Source: a virus
Taxonomy: Duplodnaviria > Caudoviricetes
Reading direction: 5' to 3' (one strand)
Virus record (IMG/VR): IMGVR_UViG_3300033076_001039
Span: 64,110 to 128,109 of that record
DNA length: 64,000 nucleotides
Positions 30,618-41,147 of the stretch are shown here, piece after piece (the first letter of the stretch is position 1; each line of letters opens with the position of its first letter). Position numbers and translations under genes: made by a program. The notes under the pieces were generated by a model, which was not told where the DNA came from, made no database searches, and was given only the letters and a program-made list of their open reading frames with translations.

Positions 30618-31670
30618 ATGGACGCATCGTTAAACGAAAAAGTAAAAGAATCAATTAAAAATCTTAGGGATAAGAAATCAAGAATTTATTTCTTAGTTCA
30701 AGACACTAAAGGAAATGCGAAAGCATCTGTTAGATTTATTTATCAGATGGCAAAAACTTTATTAGACTCTGGGTTTAATCCAATTATCCTTCATGAGAAA
30801 AATGACTACGCAGGAGTTGTTGCATGGATGGATGAAGAATATATGTCAATTCCACATAAATCTATTGAAGGTCAAAATTTAGAAATTTCACCTGAAGACT
30901 TTATCGTTATTCCTGAACTTTTTGGGTATATCATGGAACAAATCAAAAATTTACCTTGTGGTAAAATTGTATTAACACAAAACTACTCTTACATTGTTGA
31001 GACACTTCAGCCAGGTCAAAATTGGGCTCAGTATGGTTTCTTCAAATGTATTACTACAACAACAAAACAACAAGAATATATTGAAAATGTTATGAGGCAA
31101 AGTAGTTTTGATATTGTTAAACCATTAATTACTGATAGTTTTTACCCTAAGGAATTACCTGCAATGCCAATTATTGGTATTCACACTAAAGAACAATCAG
31201 ACGCAATTAATATCATCAAAACTTTCTACCTTAAATTCCCACAATACCGTTGGTTCACATTTAGAGATTTAAGAGGTCTGTCTGAAAAGGAATTCGCAAA
31301 CTCATTAAGAGATTGTTTTGTTAGTGTATGGATGGATGAACAAAGTGGTTTTGGTACATTCCCATTAGAGTCCATGGCGTCAGGAGTTCCTGTAATTGGT
31401 AAAGTACCTTACTTACAACCTGAGTGGATGAATGAAGACAATGGTGTGTGGTTAACCGACCCAAATATGATGTGTGATTTCATTGCAGACTTTATCCAAA
31501 ATTGGTTAGAGGATAACATCAAACCTGAGTTGTATGAGAACATGAAAAAAACAGCTGAAAAATATACAAATAAACAAGAATTTGACTCAACAGTTATTAC
31601 CTTATTTGAAGAATACTTAAACGTTAGAGCAAATTCATTTGAAGAACAAATTTCTAAAACCGAAGAATAA
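30618..31670 (+). CDS. GT-B (GT4-like) glycosyltransferase
   Basis: VIPE, SGFGTFPLESMASGVPVIG. Confidence 0.75.
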   Translation: MDASLNEKVKESIKNLRDKKSRIYFLVQDTKGNAKASVRFIYQMAKTLLDSGFNPIILHEKNDYAGVVAWMDEEYMSIPHKSIEGQNLEISPEDFIVIPELFGYIMEQIKNLPCGKIVLTQNYSYIVETLQPGQNWAQYGFFKCITTTTKQQEYIENVMRQSSFDIVKPLITDSFYPKELPAMPIIGIHTKEQSDAINIIKTFYLKFPQYRWFTFRDLRGLSEKEFANSLRDCFVSVWMDEQSGFGTFPLESMASGVPVIGKVPYLQPEWMNEDNGVWLTDPNMMCDFIADFIQNWLEDNIKPELYENMKKTAEKYTNKQEFDSTVITLFEEYLNVRANSFEEQISKTEE

Positions 31671-31671
31671 T

Positions 31672-32478
31672 ATGAATACTAAATTATCACTATCCGTAAT
31701 TTTACCAATTAAATCGTCTAAAGCTAGAAACTTTGACGAATATTTTGAAAAAGCAATTACATCTATTAAAACACAGACCGTAGGTATTGAAGAATTGATT
31801 ATCGTACATTCTTCTGAAGAAACTTTAGTAAATTTTTTGAATGACTACGATTTTGAATCCCTGAATGTTGTTAAATTATTGTGGGATAAAGAACCTAATT
31901 ATAGTGGTCAAGTAAACTACGGTATTAGTAATGCCAAAGGTACTTGGATTTCTTTATTTGAATTTGACGATGAGTATTCATCAATATGGTTTAAAAACGT
32001 ACAGAAATACATTGAGTCTTACCCTAACGTACAAGCATTCTTACCTGTTGTTGTCGAAACAGATGAAAAAGGTATGTTTGCTGGTTTCACAAATGAAGCA
32101 ACTTTCGCGGCTAATTTTACACAAGAAATGGGATTCCTTACAAACGAAACTTTACAAGATTATCAAAATTTCCAAACTGCAGGATGTGTAATTAAAAAAT
32201 CAGTTATTGATGATTTTGGAGGATTTAAATCATCAATTAAGTTAACGTTTGTATATGAGTTTTTATTGAGGTTGACTTATAATTCAGTTTCCATCATGAC
32301 AATTCCAAGACTTGGTTATAAACACACAAATATGAGAGAAGGTTCTATTTTTTGGAACTACAAATTTGGTGAGAATAAAATGTTGGAAGATGAGGTTAAG
32401 TTTTGGGTTCAGACCGCAAAAAAAGAATATTTCTTTGTAGATGATAGAAACATAAAATACCAATCTGAAAATGTATAA
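31672..32478 (+). CDS. GT2-like glycosyltransferase
   Basis: SVILP, N.GI..AKG.W+S..EFDD, EFLLRL. Start set at ATG 31672. Confidence 0.75.
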   Translation: MNTKLSLSVILPIKSSKARNFDEYFEKAITSIKTQTVGIEELIIVHSSEETLVNFLNDYDFESLNVVKLLWDKEPNYSGQVNYGISNAKGTWISLFEFDDEYSSIWFKNVQKYIESYPNVQAFLPVVVETDEKGMFAGFTNEATFAANFTQEMGFLTNETLQDYQNFQTAGCVIKKSVIDDFGGFKSSIKLTFVYEFLLRLTYNSVSIMTIPRLGYKHTNMREGSIFWNYKFGENKMLEDEVKFWVQTAKKEYFFVDDRNIKYQSENV

Positions 32479-33227
32479 TGTTAGAAACTCTATCTGCAAC
32501 AACAGAAGATGTTTCATCAAAAAAAAGAGGTAGGAAAACGGTAAATGTAAATTATTTTGACGTTAGAGAAGAAGAGGCAGTTAAAAGATTTTTATTAGCT
32601 CAAACCTTCGAAGAAAAAAACAAAATATATAACGAATACTTACGAGGACCTCTCGATAAGATGATTTCATCAATTATACGAAGATACAAATTGTATCGTA
32701 AAGATATGGATTTCACCGAAATCCATTGCGATACGCATTCCTTTTTAATGACTAAGGTTGACAAGTTTAAACCTTCAAAAGAAAAAAAGGCATATTCTTA
32801 TTTTGGTACTATTTGTAAAAATTATCTAATGGGTCAAATCATTAAAGACCAAAAGGAAATTAATCGAAAAGTATCTTATGAAGACATGTCGGCAAGTATT
32901 GAGGAAAGACCTGACATGATGTATCGTATAGATGATGATGTTGTAGATACTACAGTTATAATCACACAATACATAAAAGAGTTAAAAGATTTTATTGAGA
33001 ATGAGAATCTAAATGAGAATGAAACCAAACTTGGGTATGCATTAATTGACTTATTTGAAAATTACGAATCAATCTTTTCAAGTGCGGATAATAATAAATT
33101 TAATAAAAATGTGATTTTATTATCCTTAAGAGAAATGACTAATTTAAGTACAAAAGAAATTCGTAGTTCAATCAAAAGATTTAAGAAACTATATATTTTG
33201 ATTCAATCTAAAATGAAAACAGATTAA
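32478..33227 (+). CDS. Phage sigma factor, T4 gp55 (late sigma)-like
   Basis: Region-2-like KVDKFKPSKEKKAYSYFGTICKNYL (compare gp55 F+.+K..N..AY+T..C.N.F). Confidence 0.7.
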   Translation: MLETLSATTEDVSSKKRGRKTVNVNYFDVREEEAVKRFLLAQTFEEKNKIYNEYLRGPLDKMISSIIRRYKLYRKDMDFTEIHCDTHSFLMTKVDKFKPSKEKKAYSYFGTICKNYLMGQIIKDQKEINRKVSYEDMSASIEERPDMMYRIDDDVVDTTVIITQYIKELKDFIENENLNENETKLGYALIDLFENYESIFSSADNNKFNKNVILLSLREMTNLSTKEIRSSIKRFKKLYILIQSKMKTD

Positions 33228-33231
33228 AAAG

Positions 33232-33239
33232 TATTTATA
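33232..33239 (+). promoter_or_regulatory. TATTTATA putative late promoter
   Basis: Directly after the sigma gene, 3 nt before ATG 33243. Confidence 0.65.
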
Positions 33240-33242
33240 GAT

Positions 33243-33611
33243 ATGCCAAGACCTCAACGTAAAGAAATTAATTTTACTAAAGATTCAATTTTATCTTTAA
33301 TGCAGGAAATCTATAATGAACTTGTAGAACAAAGACAAACTGCAATTAGAATTCAAAATAAAATGTTATCTATGTTGAAAGACCCAGGAGATATGATGAC
33401 TATCGGTCCTGTGATTGAAAAGCAACAAAAAATAGTTAACGAATGTGTTGAGAAAAAAATTAGTTTGTCAAAACTACAATCTAGTATTTGGGAAAAATCA
33501 AATAATAACAATACCGAATCTTTTTCACTTGCAGATTTGGATGACGACTTAATTCAAAATCTGATTGACAAGGATGTTTCAAACGATGAAGAATCGTACA
33601 AAATGAAGTAA
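33243..33611 (+). CDS. Hypothetical coiled-coil protein
   Basis: Helical ORF heading a late operon. Confidence 0.65.
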   Translation: MPRPQRKEINFTKDSILSLMQEIYNELVEQRQTAIRIQNKMLSMLKDPGDMMTIGPVIEKQQKIVNECVEKKISLSKLQSSIWEKSNNNNTESFSLADLDDDLIQNLIDKDVSNDEESYKMK

Positions 33612-33612
33612 C

Positions 33613-35709
33613 ATGCCAACAGATTTAAATCAAGGATACGACTCAGCCAAAAGTGAAATTAGTTCAATAAAGACTTATATTGAGGTATCTAAATCTGCAA
33701 AAAAATTAAAAAGTACTGCAGGTAATTCTCAATCTGAAGGTATACCTGATATTGCGTCTCAATTAAATAAGATTGCAACCCAACAAAAAAGGTATTTAAG
33801 ACAACCACCAAATTCATTTAATCAATTGTTAGACATGATTAGTTTAGCAAATGGTTCTGGTTTGTCCACACTACAATACCTAAAGAAAAAACTTTTAGAA
33901 ACCGCAGTTAAAATTGAACCTAAAGTAAAGAAGATTGTTAGTGAGGAAGCAATAAGGGCAATAGGATGTTCTCAAGAACAAACCTTTGAGGGTTATACAT
34001 CAACTGATTTAGAAATTAATCCATTAGAAACATTACCTGTTGGCCAGGGTATATACGTACCCGTTCAGTCGATGGACATTGCAAGTATTTTAAAAATTAG
34101 TTCAGATTCTAAATTAGGTAAGGTAATATATGAAAAACCAACACCTAATGTCCAACCAAATATATTTAAACCTTATGGTGGTTTGAAACCTTTTCCAATG
34201 AACAAAGAATTTAACTTTAGATTGGAGGGTGCGAATGCGACCAATTCATTTAAAGGACAGTACGGTAAGTTTTACCAAGGAATTTCAGGACAAGACTTAT
34301 TTGATTTTCAATTTAGCACTACTAATCAATTTGGGGTAGACCAGCCATGTTTTAGAGTTGCACTGATTTCTAAAGTTGACCCAATTGCAGGTATCACTGG
34401 TGGTACAATGAACAAAGTTGTTGACTTTTTAGAAGATTATTACGGAACTATAAAATTATTCGACAGTGTTGATTTTGCGGCAAATTTAGTCAATATCCTT
34501 TCAGGTGCCATAAGTATTCAGGCTAAGATGGGTTCGGATGAAATTCAAAAACAATCACAATTTTTATTAATATTACAAAGAATATTAGGATTATGTTTTG
34601 ATTCAAGAAGAGAAATTGATGTTAGTGGTATTTCTAAAATTGCCGAATTAGACGGTGTGGATGAATCTTTTTTTGAACTAACTGAAGTTGATTTAAGAAA
34701 TATAGATTTAGCAATCAGTAACATTCAAAATGGTGTTATGGAATTTGAAGATTGTGAAAATGTGAAATTACCTGTAGATACCGAAACATTAATCAATGAA
34801 TTAACTGGTTTTAGAGAAAATGAAGATTTAAGTATTGAAGACCAAGTACAGAATATCTCCGACATAACTAACACTATTTTTGAAAATCCTGATTGGAAAG
34901 TTTTTTTACCAACAAATTTTGATTTACAAATTGCTGTCAATAAAGATGTAATTAAAGAAATACCTAAAGCAGTTGCGGGTTCAATATTGAGTCCAAAAGT
35001 TCTATTCCCAATATTTGTCTTGCTTAGGGTCGTTCAAAAAGATGCAACTGGATTATATAATCAAGCGGTAACATCTGCAAATACTTATACTCAAAGCGGT
35101 AGTACGGTTAATGGTTCGGTTAATAATATTGTAAATGACCAAGTAGATTTTTTAAAGTCGTTTGAGTCATTTAATATTCAAGTCACATCTAAAATAGGTG
35201 CAATTTTTGTTGAGGAACTTTTTCAATTATTAAAGAAAGATATCATTAATTTAATTTCATCCGTATTAAAAGACATTGCAAAAGGTAAGTTAGAGAAAAA
35301 AACTCTTGTAATTCAAAGGTTAACAGACATTGCACTTATAGTTCAGCAAGTTGTACGAGGAGTACAAGATTACAGAAAATGTAAATCTTTGGTTGATGAT
35401 ATTTTAATCATATTAAAATTACTTAGCGGTTTTGCAACTCCAGGTTCAAAAACACCCGCAGCATTGTTATTGTTGACTGAGTTTTTACCAGGAACTTCAG
35501 CCGAAAGGTCGACAATTAATGTGATAAAACAATTACAATCTTTTGGAATTCCGACAGGTACATTACCTGATGGGTCACCAAATTTAATGGCATTATATAA
35601 TTTAGCTTCAAACAAAGGTGCAGAGCAAGAAGAGGCTCAAAATGGTGCAATAGACGCTGTTGGTGTTAGCGCAGCAGGACCAATTAAAATATTTGCAAAA
35701 AGTAGGTAA
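33613..35709 (+). CDS. Hypothetical large protein (probably baseplate/tail)
   Basis: 698-aa ORF upstream of the gp5-like gene. Confidence 0.55.
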   Translation: MPTDLNQGYDSAKSEISSIKTYIEVSKSAKKLKSTAGNSQSEGIPDIASQLNKIATQQKRYLRQPPNSFNQLLDMISLANGSGLSTLQYLKKKLLETAVKIEPKVKKIVSEEAIRAIGCSQEQTFEGYTSTDLEINPLETLPVGQGIYVPVQSMDIASILKISSDSKLGKVIYEKPTPNVQPNIFKPYGGLKPFPMNKEFNFRLEGANATNSFKGQYGKFYQGISGQDLFDFQFSTTNQFGVDQPCFRVALISKVDPIAGITGGTMNKVVDFLEDYYGTIKLFDSVDFAANLVNILSGAISIQAKMGSDEIQKQSQFLLILQRILGLCFDSRREIDVSGISKIAELDGVDESFFELTEVDLRNIDLAISNIQNGVMEFEDCENVKLPVDTETLINELTGFRENEDLSIEDQVQNISDITNTIFENPDWKVFLPTNFDLQIAVNKDVIKEIPKAVAGSILSPKVLFPIFVLLRVVQKDATGLYNQAVTSANTYTQSGSTVNGSVNNIVNDQVDFLKSFESFNIQVTSKIGAIFVEELFQLLKKDIINLISSVLKDIAKGKLEKKTLVIQRLTDIALIVQQVVRGVQDYRKCKSLVDDILIILKLLSGFATPGSKTPAALLLLTEFLPGTSAERSTINVIKQLQSFGIPTGTLPDGSPNLMALYNLASNKGAEQEEAQNGAIDAVGVSAAGPIKIFAKSR

Positions 35710-35710
35710 A

Positions 35711-35914
35711 ATGAATAAAGAAGAATTTGAAAATATAATCGAATTACAAAAAGAGTTAAAAGACCAACCAAATTCAAAGTTAATTGAAGTTATGGATAAA
35801 TTAACAACCGAGTTTGACCTTACAAAGGAAAGTATTATTAATTCAACCATTTATTTGGATAAAGTGGAAGAGTTATATAATACAATTCTTAAAGAATACG
35901 AATCAAGGAAATAA
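35711..35914 (+). CDS. Hypothetical protein
   Basis: Start adjusted to ATG 35711; TAATG coupling to the next gene. Confidence 0.6.
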   Translation: MNKEEFENIIELQKELKDQPNSKLIEVMDKLTTEFDLTKESIINSTIYLDKVEELYNTILKEYESRK

Positions 35915-37443
35915 TGAACGATAATACAATATTTTTTCAGGTAACCGTAATAGACAACCAAGACCCAATGATGTTGGGTCGAATTAGAGCCAAATTGTTA
36001 ATTGACAACTATGATGATATTGTACGCTCAATTACCGACCCGCCATGGAACGAAGAAAAAGATGCTTGGAGTATCAGGGACCCTTTTGTTTTCAGTCCTC
36101 TTATGCCGTATTTTATGTATCAAGTACCAAAGGTTACAGAAATGGCTCAGGTATTATACACAAACAAAGACTTTAAGTATCAAAACCAATATTACATTCA
36201 GAATACGTTTTCAAGTCCAACAACTACAGGATATGAATACTATCAAGGTGCCAACAAATTCACGGGTACAGGTACTCAATTAAAAAACCCAAAACCCCTT
36301 AAAAACCAAGATGGTACATATACTGACCAAGCGGTTCATAAAGGAGTATTCCCCGAGCCTGGTGACAATGCCCTATTAGGTAGAGGAAGCGCTGATGTCG
36401 TAGTTAAACAAGATGAAGTTTTAATTAGAGCAGGTAAATTTAAAGGAACTCAATTACAACCAAATATTGTTCCTGTTGGTAACCAACAAAGAGGTTTTTT
36501 ACAGTTGTCAAGATTTAACCAATCAAAGACTCCATTACCAAGTAAACTTGTGTCAAGAACAAATGAGATTGTTGTTCAAGTAAAATATCTTATTGAGTGG
36601 GTTATTACTAACCCTGAGAATACACAAGACTTATTTGCAGGTACAGTTTATCTTTATCAACTAAAACCTGATTTATCAACAAATTCTAAAAATTTAACTG
36701 TTGGTACTGAAGTCAGTGAAAGTTTAAAAATAATGGTCGCATCTGAATCGTTCTCATTATTATCCAAAACTGAAACAATTAAATTCATAAATGAGTTTAT
36801 TAAAACTTGTAATGAAAAAACCACAACGACTTCAGGTATTCAATTATTTTCAGACCAACAAAATAAATTCCCGATTTTTTATAGACCAAATAATTTAACA
36901 TATTCTATAATTAATCCTTCTTCAAATTCGGGTTCAACTGCAACAGATTCATTTATTAATGTTTCTCAAATATTCAATCAAGTAAAATTATACCCTGCAT
37001 TAAAACAAGGTGGTTATGGTTTAATTTATGCCAAAAATAAAGTAGGGGTTCCTTTAGAAATTAAAACTACTTTAGTTCCTCAACAATCCTATTCTAATAG
37101 TCAAACAACTTACGGAGCATTGGCTAGCGACACCCTATACCTATTATCGAATACTTCATCAATACCAGGTAAAGGTAAAATTAATTTTGCCAATACATTA
37201 TATGGTGTGTCACTTGACCAATTTGTGGATGAGTTCTTACCAAAAACATCAAGTTTGGTTAGGGGTGAAGAACTTTTAGAGTTGTTAAATCTTATCGTTA
37301 GATTCTTAATTACACATACTCACGCGTATCCAGGACTACCACCTGTACCTGTCACTCAAGACGGTACAAGTGTTCCAAATATCCTTACGGAAATGCAAAA
37401 TGCTTATACAAAAATTCTTAATGCGAATATTCGACTTAATTGA
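35914..37443 (+). CDS. Baseplate hub/central spike protein (gp5/VgrG OB-fold-like)
   Basis: V.DNQDP..LGRIRA OB-fold start, PEPGD..L.GR, C-terminal THTH metal-tip motif. Confidence 0.7.
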   Translation: MNDNTIFFQVTVIDNQDPMMLGRIRAKLLIDNYDDIVRSITDPPWNEEKDAWSIRDPFVFSPLMPYFMYQVPKVTEMAQVLYTNKDFKYQNQYYIQNTFSSPTTTGYEYYQGANKFTGTGTQLKNPKPLKNQDGTYTDQAVHKGVFPEPGDNALLGRGSADVVVKQDEVLIRAGKFKGTQLQPNIVPVGNQQRGFLQLSRFNQSKTPLPSKLVSRTNEIVVQVKYLIEWVITNPENTQDLFAGTVYLYQLKPDLSTNSKNLTVGTEVSESLKIMVASESFSLLSKTETIKFINEFIKTCNEKTTTTSGIQLFSDQQNKFPIFYRPNNLTYSIINPSSNSGSTATDSFINVSQIFNQVKLYPALKQGGYGLIYAKNKVGVPLEIKTTLVPQQSYSNSQTTYGALASDTLYLLSNTSSIPGKGKINFANTLYGVSLDQFVDEFLPKTSSLVRGEELLELLNLIVRFLITHTHAYPGLPPVPVTQDGTSVPNILTEMQNAYTKILNANIRLN

Positions 37444-37451
37444 TATTTATA
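37444..37451 (+). promoter_or_regulatory. TATTTATA putative late promoter
   Basis: 12 nt upstream of ATG 37464. Confidence 0.6.
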
Positions 37452-37463
37452 TTAAAAAGATTA

Positions 37464-38987
37464 ATGTCAATTTTAAGGTCGTACGTAAATAAGAATAATA
37501 CAATCATTTCAGATTCATATGTTAATACGGGTAGAAACCCTATTATTGAACTGAATTTTGGTGCGTCAGATTATATAGTACCAAATTATGGGTATAGTCG
37601 TTTATTGTTTGACTTAGATTTAGATTTATTAAGACAGAACATTTCAACAGGTGTAATATCTACAGGATGTACTACAGGTATGACTCACGTTTTACAAATG
37701 ACAAATACCTCATCATTTGATAATGAGTTGTTGAATACATTTATGTCTAATGAGAGAAGAAGAGCGACATCATTTGATTTGATTCTTTTTAGAATTCCAA
37801 AAACTTCAGGTAGTACTGGTAATCCACAACTTTGGGATGAAGGTGTTGGATATGATTACAACGATTTTAATCTCACAAAAAATAGTGCCAACGGTGGTTC
37901 AACACCTTTAACTTATGTAGATAGTAGAGCGTTTTCTACAAGACCTTCCAATTGGTATCAAACAACAACAATAAGTGGGTGGTCTCAATCAGGTTTATAT
38001 AATAACAAAAATGAAGGTTCAGTTAATTTTTCAGGTCTAACTATTGTTGCAAGACAACATTTTGAGTTAGGTAATGAAGACATTAACATGGATATGACCA
38101 GTGAAATTAATGGTATTTTAAATGGCACCATTACTGGTGTAACAGGTTGGGGGATTGCATATTTACCTCAAATAGAAAATATCACAGGTTTGACCGATAG
38201 TTATAGTGTTGCGTTTTTCTCAAGACACACACAAACATTCTACCAACCATTTTTACAAACAACATATGATGATTTAATTAAGGATGACCGAAATATCTTC
38301 CTTAAAAATCAAGTTAATAAATTATATTTATATGTTTATCAAAATGGTGATTTTGTTAATCTTGATGCAAACCCTGTTGTAAGGATTGAAGACCGAAATG
38401 GTAATGCAGTTCCTGGTATGGCAACTTTACCAACATGTCTAAGAACGAGGGGTGTTTATGAAGTTGTGGTACCTAATTCATTTACTGCCGCAACTCCATG
38501 TATGTTTTACGATTCATGGTCAGGTTTAACTATTAATGGACAGGCACTACCAAATGTTATAAATCAATTTGTTTTACAAGAGTATACCGCAGGGATTCAA
38601 ATAGGTTCTACATCAAAAGAACCAAGTAAATTTGGATTTGAGTTTTACGGTATATTACAAAACGAACAAATCCTTAATACCGATATTAGAAAAGTTGGGG
38701 TCACAATTAAAAGAGCGTATACTGCACAAGCACCATTAGAAGACGTATCGGCATTTTATAGGGTATATGTGAAAGAAGGTACTACGGAAGTATTAGTACA
38801 AGATTGGACACCTGTAAATAGAACACCAAATGAGTATTATTTCATGTTTGACACCAGAGATAAAATACCAAATGACTACTATGTTGACATCCAAGTGAAT
38901 ACTTCGGGTAATAAAGATACTTATAAGAAAGAATTAACTTTTAGTATTGTTAATTATAAAACAAATAATACATCATTTAGACAATAA
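37464..38987 (+). CDS. Putative virion structural protein
   Basis: K.NTI...SRLLFD...WDEG.G...Q.F..GNE....D+T...F+SRHT..F+.P.L, a pattern seen in large-phage structural proteins. Confidence 0.6.
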   Translation: MSILRSYVNKNNTIISDSYVNTGRNPIIELNFGASDYIVPNYGYSRLLFDLDLDLLRQNISTGVISTGCTTGMTHVLQMTNTSSFDNELLNTFMSNERRRATSFDLILFRIPKTSGSTGNPQLWDEGVGYDYNDFNLTKNSANGGSTPLTYVDSRAFSTRPSNWYQTTTISGWSQSGLYNNKNEGSVNFSGLTIVARQHFELGNEDINMDMTSEINGILNGTITGVTGWGIAYLPQIENITGLTDSYSVAFFSRHTQTFYQPFLQTTYDDLIKDDRNIFLKNQVNKLYLYVYQNGDFVNLDANPVVRIEDRNGNAVPGMATLPTCLRTRGVYEVVVPNSFTAATPCMFYDSWSGLTINGQALPNVINQFVLQEYTAGIQIGSTSKEPSKFGFEFYGILQNEQILNTDIRKVGVTIKRAYTAQAPLEDVSAFYRVYVKEGTTEVLVQDWTPVNRTPNEYYFMFDTRDKIPNDYYVDIQVNTSGNKDTYKKELTFSIVNYKTNNTSFRQ

Positions 38988-38988
38988 T

Positions 38989-39468
38989 ATGAAAACATTA
39001 AAATTAACTGAATCGGATTTAAACAGAATTGTTAAAAAAGTTCTATTAGAACAAGAAAATGAAAGATATATGTTTTTTTCAAATCTTGAACAAATTCGTA
39101 GACAATGTGATATGTTATTGCAAATGGACAAAGATATGATTGAGTCTATTTTAGATAATGGCCACGATTGGGCACAAGACCACATCGCTGAAGCCAAAAA
39201 TAATATGGACCAAGTTTTCGATTTTTTAATGAACGAAACAAAAAGAGACGACATGGAATCATCTATGGAGGATGAAGATGAAGATATGGTGATGTATGAA
39301 GGTAGGAAAAAAACGGGTACTAAATTATGTGCTCGTGGTAAAGCCGCGGCCAAAGCTAAATTTGATGTGTACCCATCGGCATATGCTAACGGATACGCAG
39401 TTCAAGTATGTAAAGGTAAACAACCAGGTACTGACGGTAAAAAACGTTGTTCTGGCGTTTATTGTTAA
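38989..39468 (+). CDS. Candidate internal head protein with C-terminal Cys/Lys module
   Basis: N-terminal KLTESDLNRIVKKVLLEQ; C-terminal LCARGK...YPSAYANG...C. Confidence 0.65.
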   Translation: MKTLKLTESDLNRIVKKVLLEQENERYMFFSNLEQIRRQCDMLLQMDKDMIESILDNGHDWAQDHIAEAKNNMDQVFDFLMNETKRDDMESSMEDEDEDMVMYEGRKKTGTKLCARGKAAAKAKFDVYPSAYANGYAVQVCKGKQPGTDGKKRCSGVYC

Positions 39469-39508
39469 TATATTTTCACCAATAGTTTTTTTATCCAAAA
39501 AAAGGTTT

Positions 39509-39516
39509 TATCTTTG
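39509..39516 (+). promoter_or_regulatory. Bacteroidota sigmaA -7 element TATCTTTG
   Basis: TAnnTTTG 22 nt upstream of ATG 39539. Confidence 0.55.
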
Positions 39517-39538
39517 TCGTAAATATTGACATAAGACC

Positions 39539-39940
39539 ATGAAAAACCTTTCCCACAAATTTAGAAGAGCGGTACAAAAAGCCTACATCTCATTCAAAAG
39601 ATTATCAACACCACCTACAGAAAAATCGGAATACGAAAAAGATTGTATTGCGATTTGTAAGAAACTAATTAATTTGGATGAAACCATTCTTCTTCTCACA
39701 CCACTTTCAGACAAAAGATATATCCGTAATGAAGAACACGATATTTTCGTAATTTTAGAAAACCACAACGTAAAAGTAATTAATCACGTCTATTCTTATA
39801 CCGTATACTTGGAAGTTGATTCTTGGCGTAAAATTATTTCATTGTTCGATAATGAAGTTGAAAAAAGACGTATTGAATTCGAAAAGGAAATTACTTCAAA
39901 TATTAAACATTCACTTCAGAACATTTTACACAAAATCTAA
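39539..39940 (+). CDS. Hypothetical protein
   Basis: ORF with host-type promoter. Confidence 0.65.
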   Translation: MKNLSHKFRRAVQKAYISFKRLSTPPTEKSEYEKDCIAICKKLINLDETILLLTPLSDKRYIRNEEHDIFVILENHNVKVINHVYSYTVYLEVDSWRKIISLFDNEVEKRRIEFEKEITSNIKHSLQNILHKI

Positions 39941-40212
39941 TGAAAAACAGCCCTTTTAAACTAACCTATTATTTTGGATTGATAATGTTATCAATCCCTA
40001 CTTTTTTATTGTTACTGATTGGCATATTCAGTCTTAATTACGGTCGTAAAGATGAATCGTATACTGAACCAAAAAAAGTGATTGAAACTAAAGTTGTAAC
40101 TAAAATTGTATATGATACAATAAAGGTTGAAAAACCCAAACAAAAATCTATTCCAAAAGTAGATACTGAACCTAAAAAAGTCGATACTAATATTATTAAG
40201 GATTCTTTATAA
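39940..40212 (+). CDS. Small membrane protein
   Basis: N-terminal hydrophobic segment followed by a Lys/Thr/Val/Asp-rich tail. Confidence 0.55.
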   Translation: MKNSPFKLTYYFGLIMLSIPTFLLLLIGIFSLNYGRKDESYTEPKKVIETKVVTKIVYDTIKVEKPKQKSIPKVDTEPKKVDTNIIKDSL

Positions 40213-40909
40213 TATTTTTGATAATATCAATTAACTGACTTTCAGTAATTCTAATTTTATTATCATTTGATTCGTTTCTTGGTTTGTATGATACCATTGT
40301 AGGTTTATTACCTTTACCTACTTTAGGGTCTTTTTTCTCAGCTCTTCTTTTTTGAGAACAAGCGGCTTTTTTCTGTGAGTCCGACATTTTGGCAGCAACA
40401 CCTGCAGCTCTACACTTTGGGTAACCTTTTGGGTCAGCATCAGGTCTTCCACATGGAGGATGCCCACCACCTTCTTTTTTTCTACAAATATTAACCCAAG
40501 GACCTTTTGGTTGTTTTGAACCTTTTGGTTTTTTCTTTGTACCAAACCAAACCGCTAAATCTTCTCTTAATGGGCCAACTGCTTGTTGTATAATTTTTTC
40601 AGGTTGTTCGACATCACCAATATTACTACCATCTTCATCATTTTGTCCTGTGTAAAAACTTTTTAAATATGCGTCAACTTGAGCGATTTTATCAGTTCTT
40701 TTTTCAATCTTGGCTCTTTGTTCGGGACTTTCTTTAAAATCTCCGTCAGCTTCTTCATATGCCAATTCGGCATTATCATAACTATAAACAGAATCAATAA
40801 ATGGTGCAACTTGATTTTCTTTCCACGGTTGTGGTGATAATACAATAGGTACTTTGAAATGACCAGCATTTCCTGAACCTGTAGCTTCACTAATTCTATT
40901 TCTTTTCAT
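40196..40909 (-). CDS. Candidate internal head protein with basic Cys module (DUF5872-like)
   Basis: LRE|DLAVWF...WVNIC...PCGR...YPKCR...QK..A...KR; ends KIRITESQLIDIIKNII; TATTTATA at 40918-40925. Confidence 0.65.
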   Translation of the reverse strand: MKRNRISEATGSGNAGHFKVPIVLSPQPWKENQVAPFIDSVYSYDNAELAYEEADGDFKESPEQRAKIEKRTDKIAQVDAYLKSFYTGQNDEDGSNIGDVEQPEKIIQQAVGPLREDLAVWFGTKKKPKGSKQPKGPWVNICRKKEGGGHPPCGRPDADPKGYPKCRAAGVAAKMSDSQKKAACSQKRRAEKKDPKVGKGNKPTMVSYKPRNESNDNKIRITESQLIDIIKNIIKNP

Positions 40910-40940
40910 ATACTTACTATAAATATATCGACAATACGTT

Positions 40941-41147
40941 ATGGAACAACAAACACAACCAGTTGCATATCTTTTCGAAGATGTGGAAATTTACAATCCT
41001 GAAGATATTGAAAAACTTATTGATGGTTTAACTGAAGAACAAGCTAAATTCATGTTGGTACGTGCAGTTCAAATGGCGTACAGAAGTGGTTTATACTCAT
41101 TAACCGAATCTGAACTCATATCTAAATCATTAAGGATGTTAAAATAA
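40941..41147 (+). CDS. Hypothetical protein
   Basis: ORF followed by a terminator. Confidence 0.6.
   Translation: MEQQTQPVAYLFEDVEIYNPEDIEKLIDGLTEEQAKFMLVRAVQMAYRSGLYSLTESELISKSLRMLK

Noticed and set aside
39940-40212. Spanin or holin assignment
   Set aside because: Only one TM segment is evident, with no lipoprotein partner or endolysin nearby.
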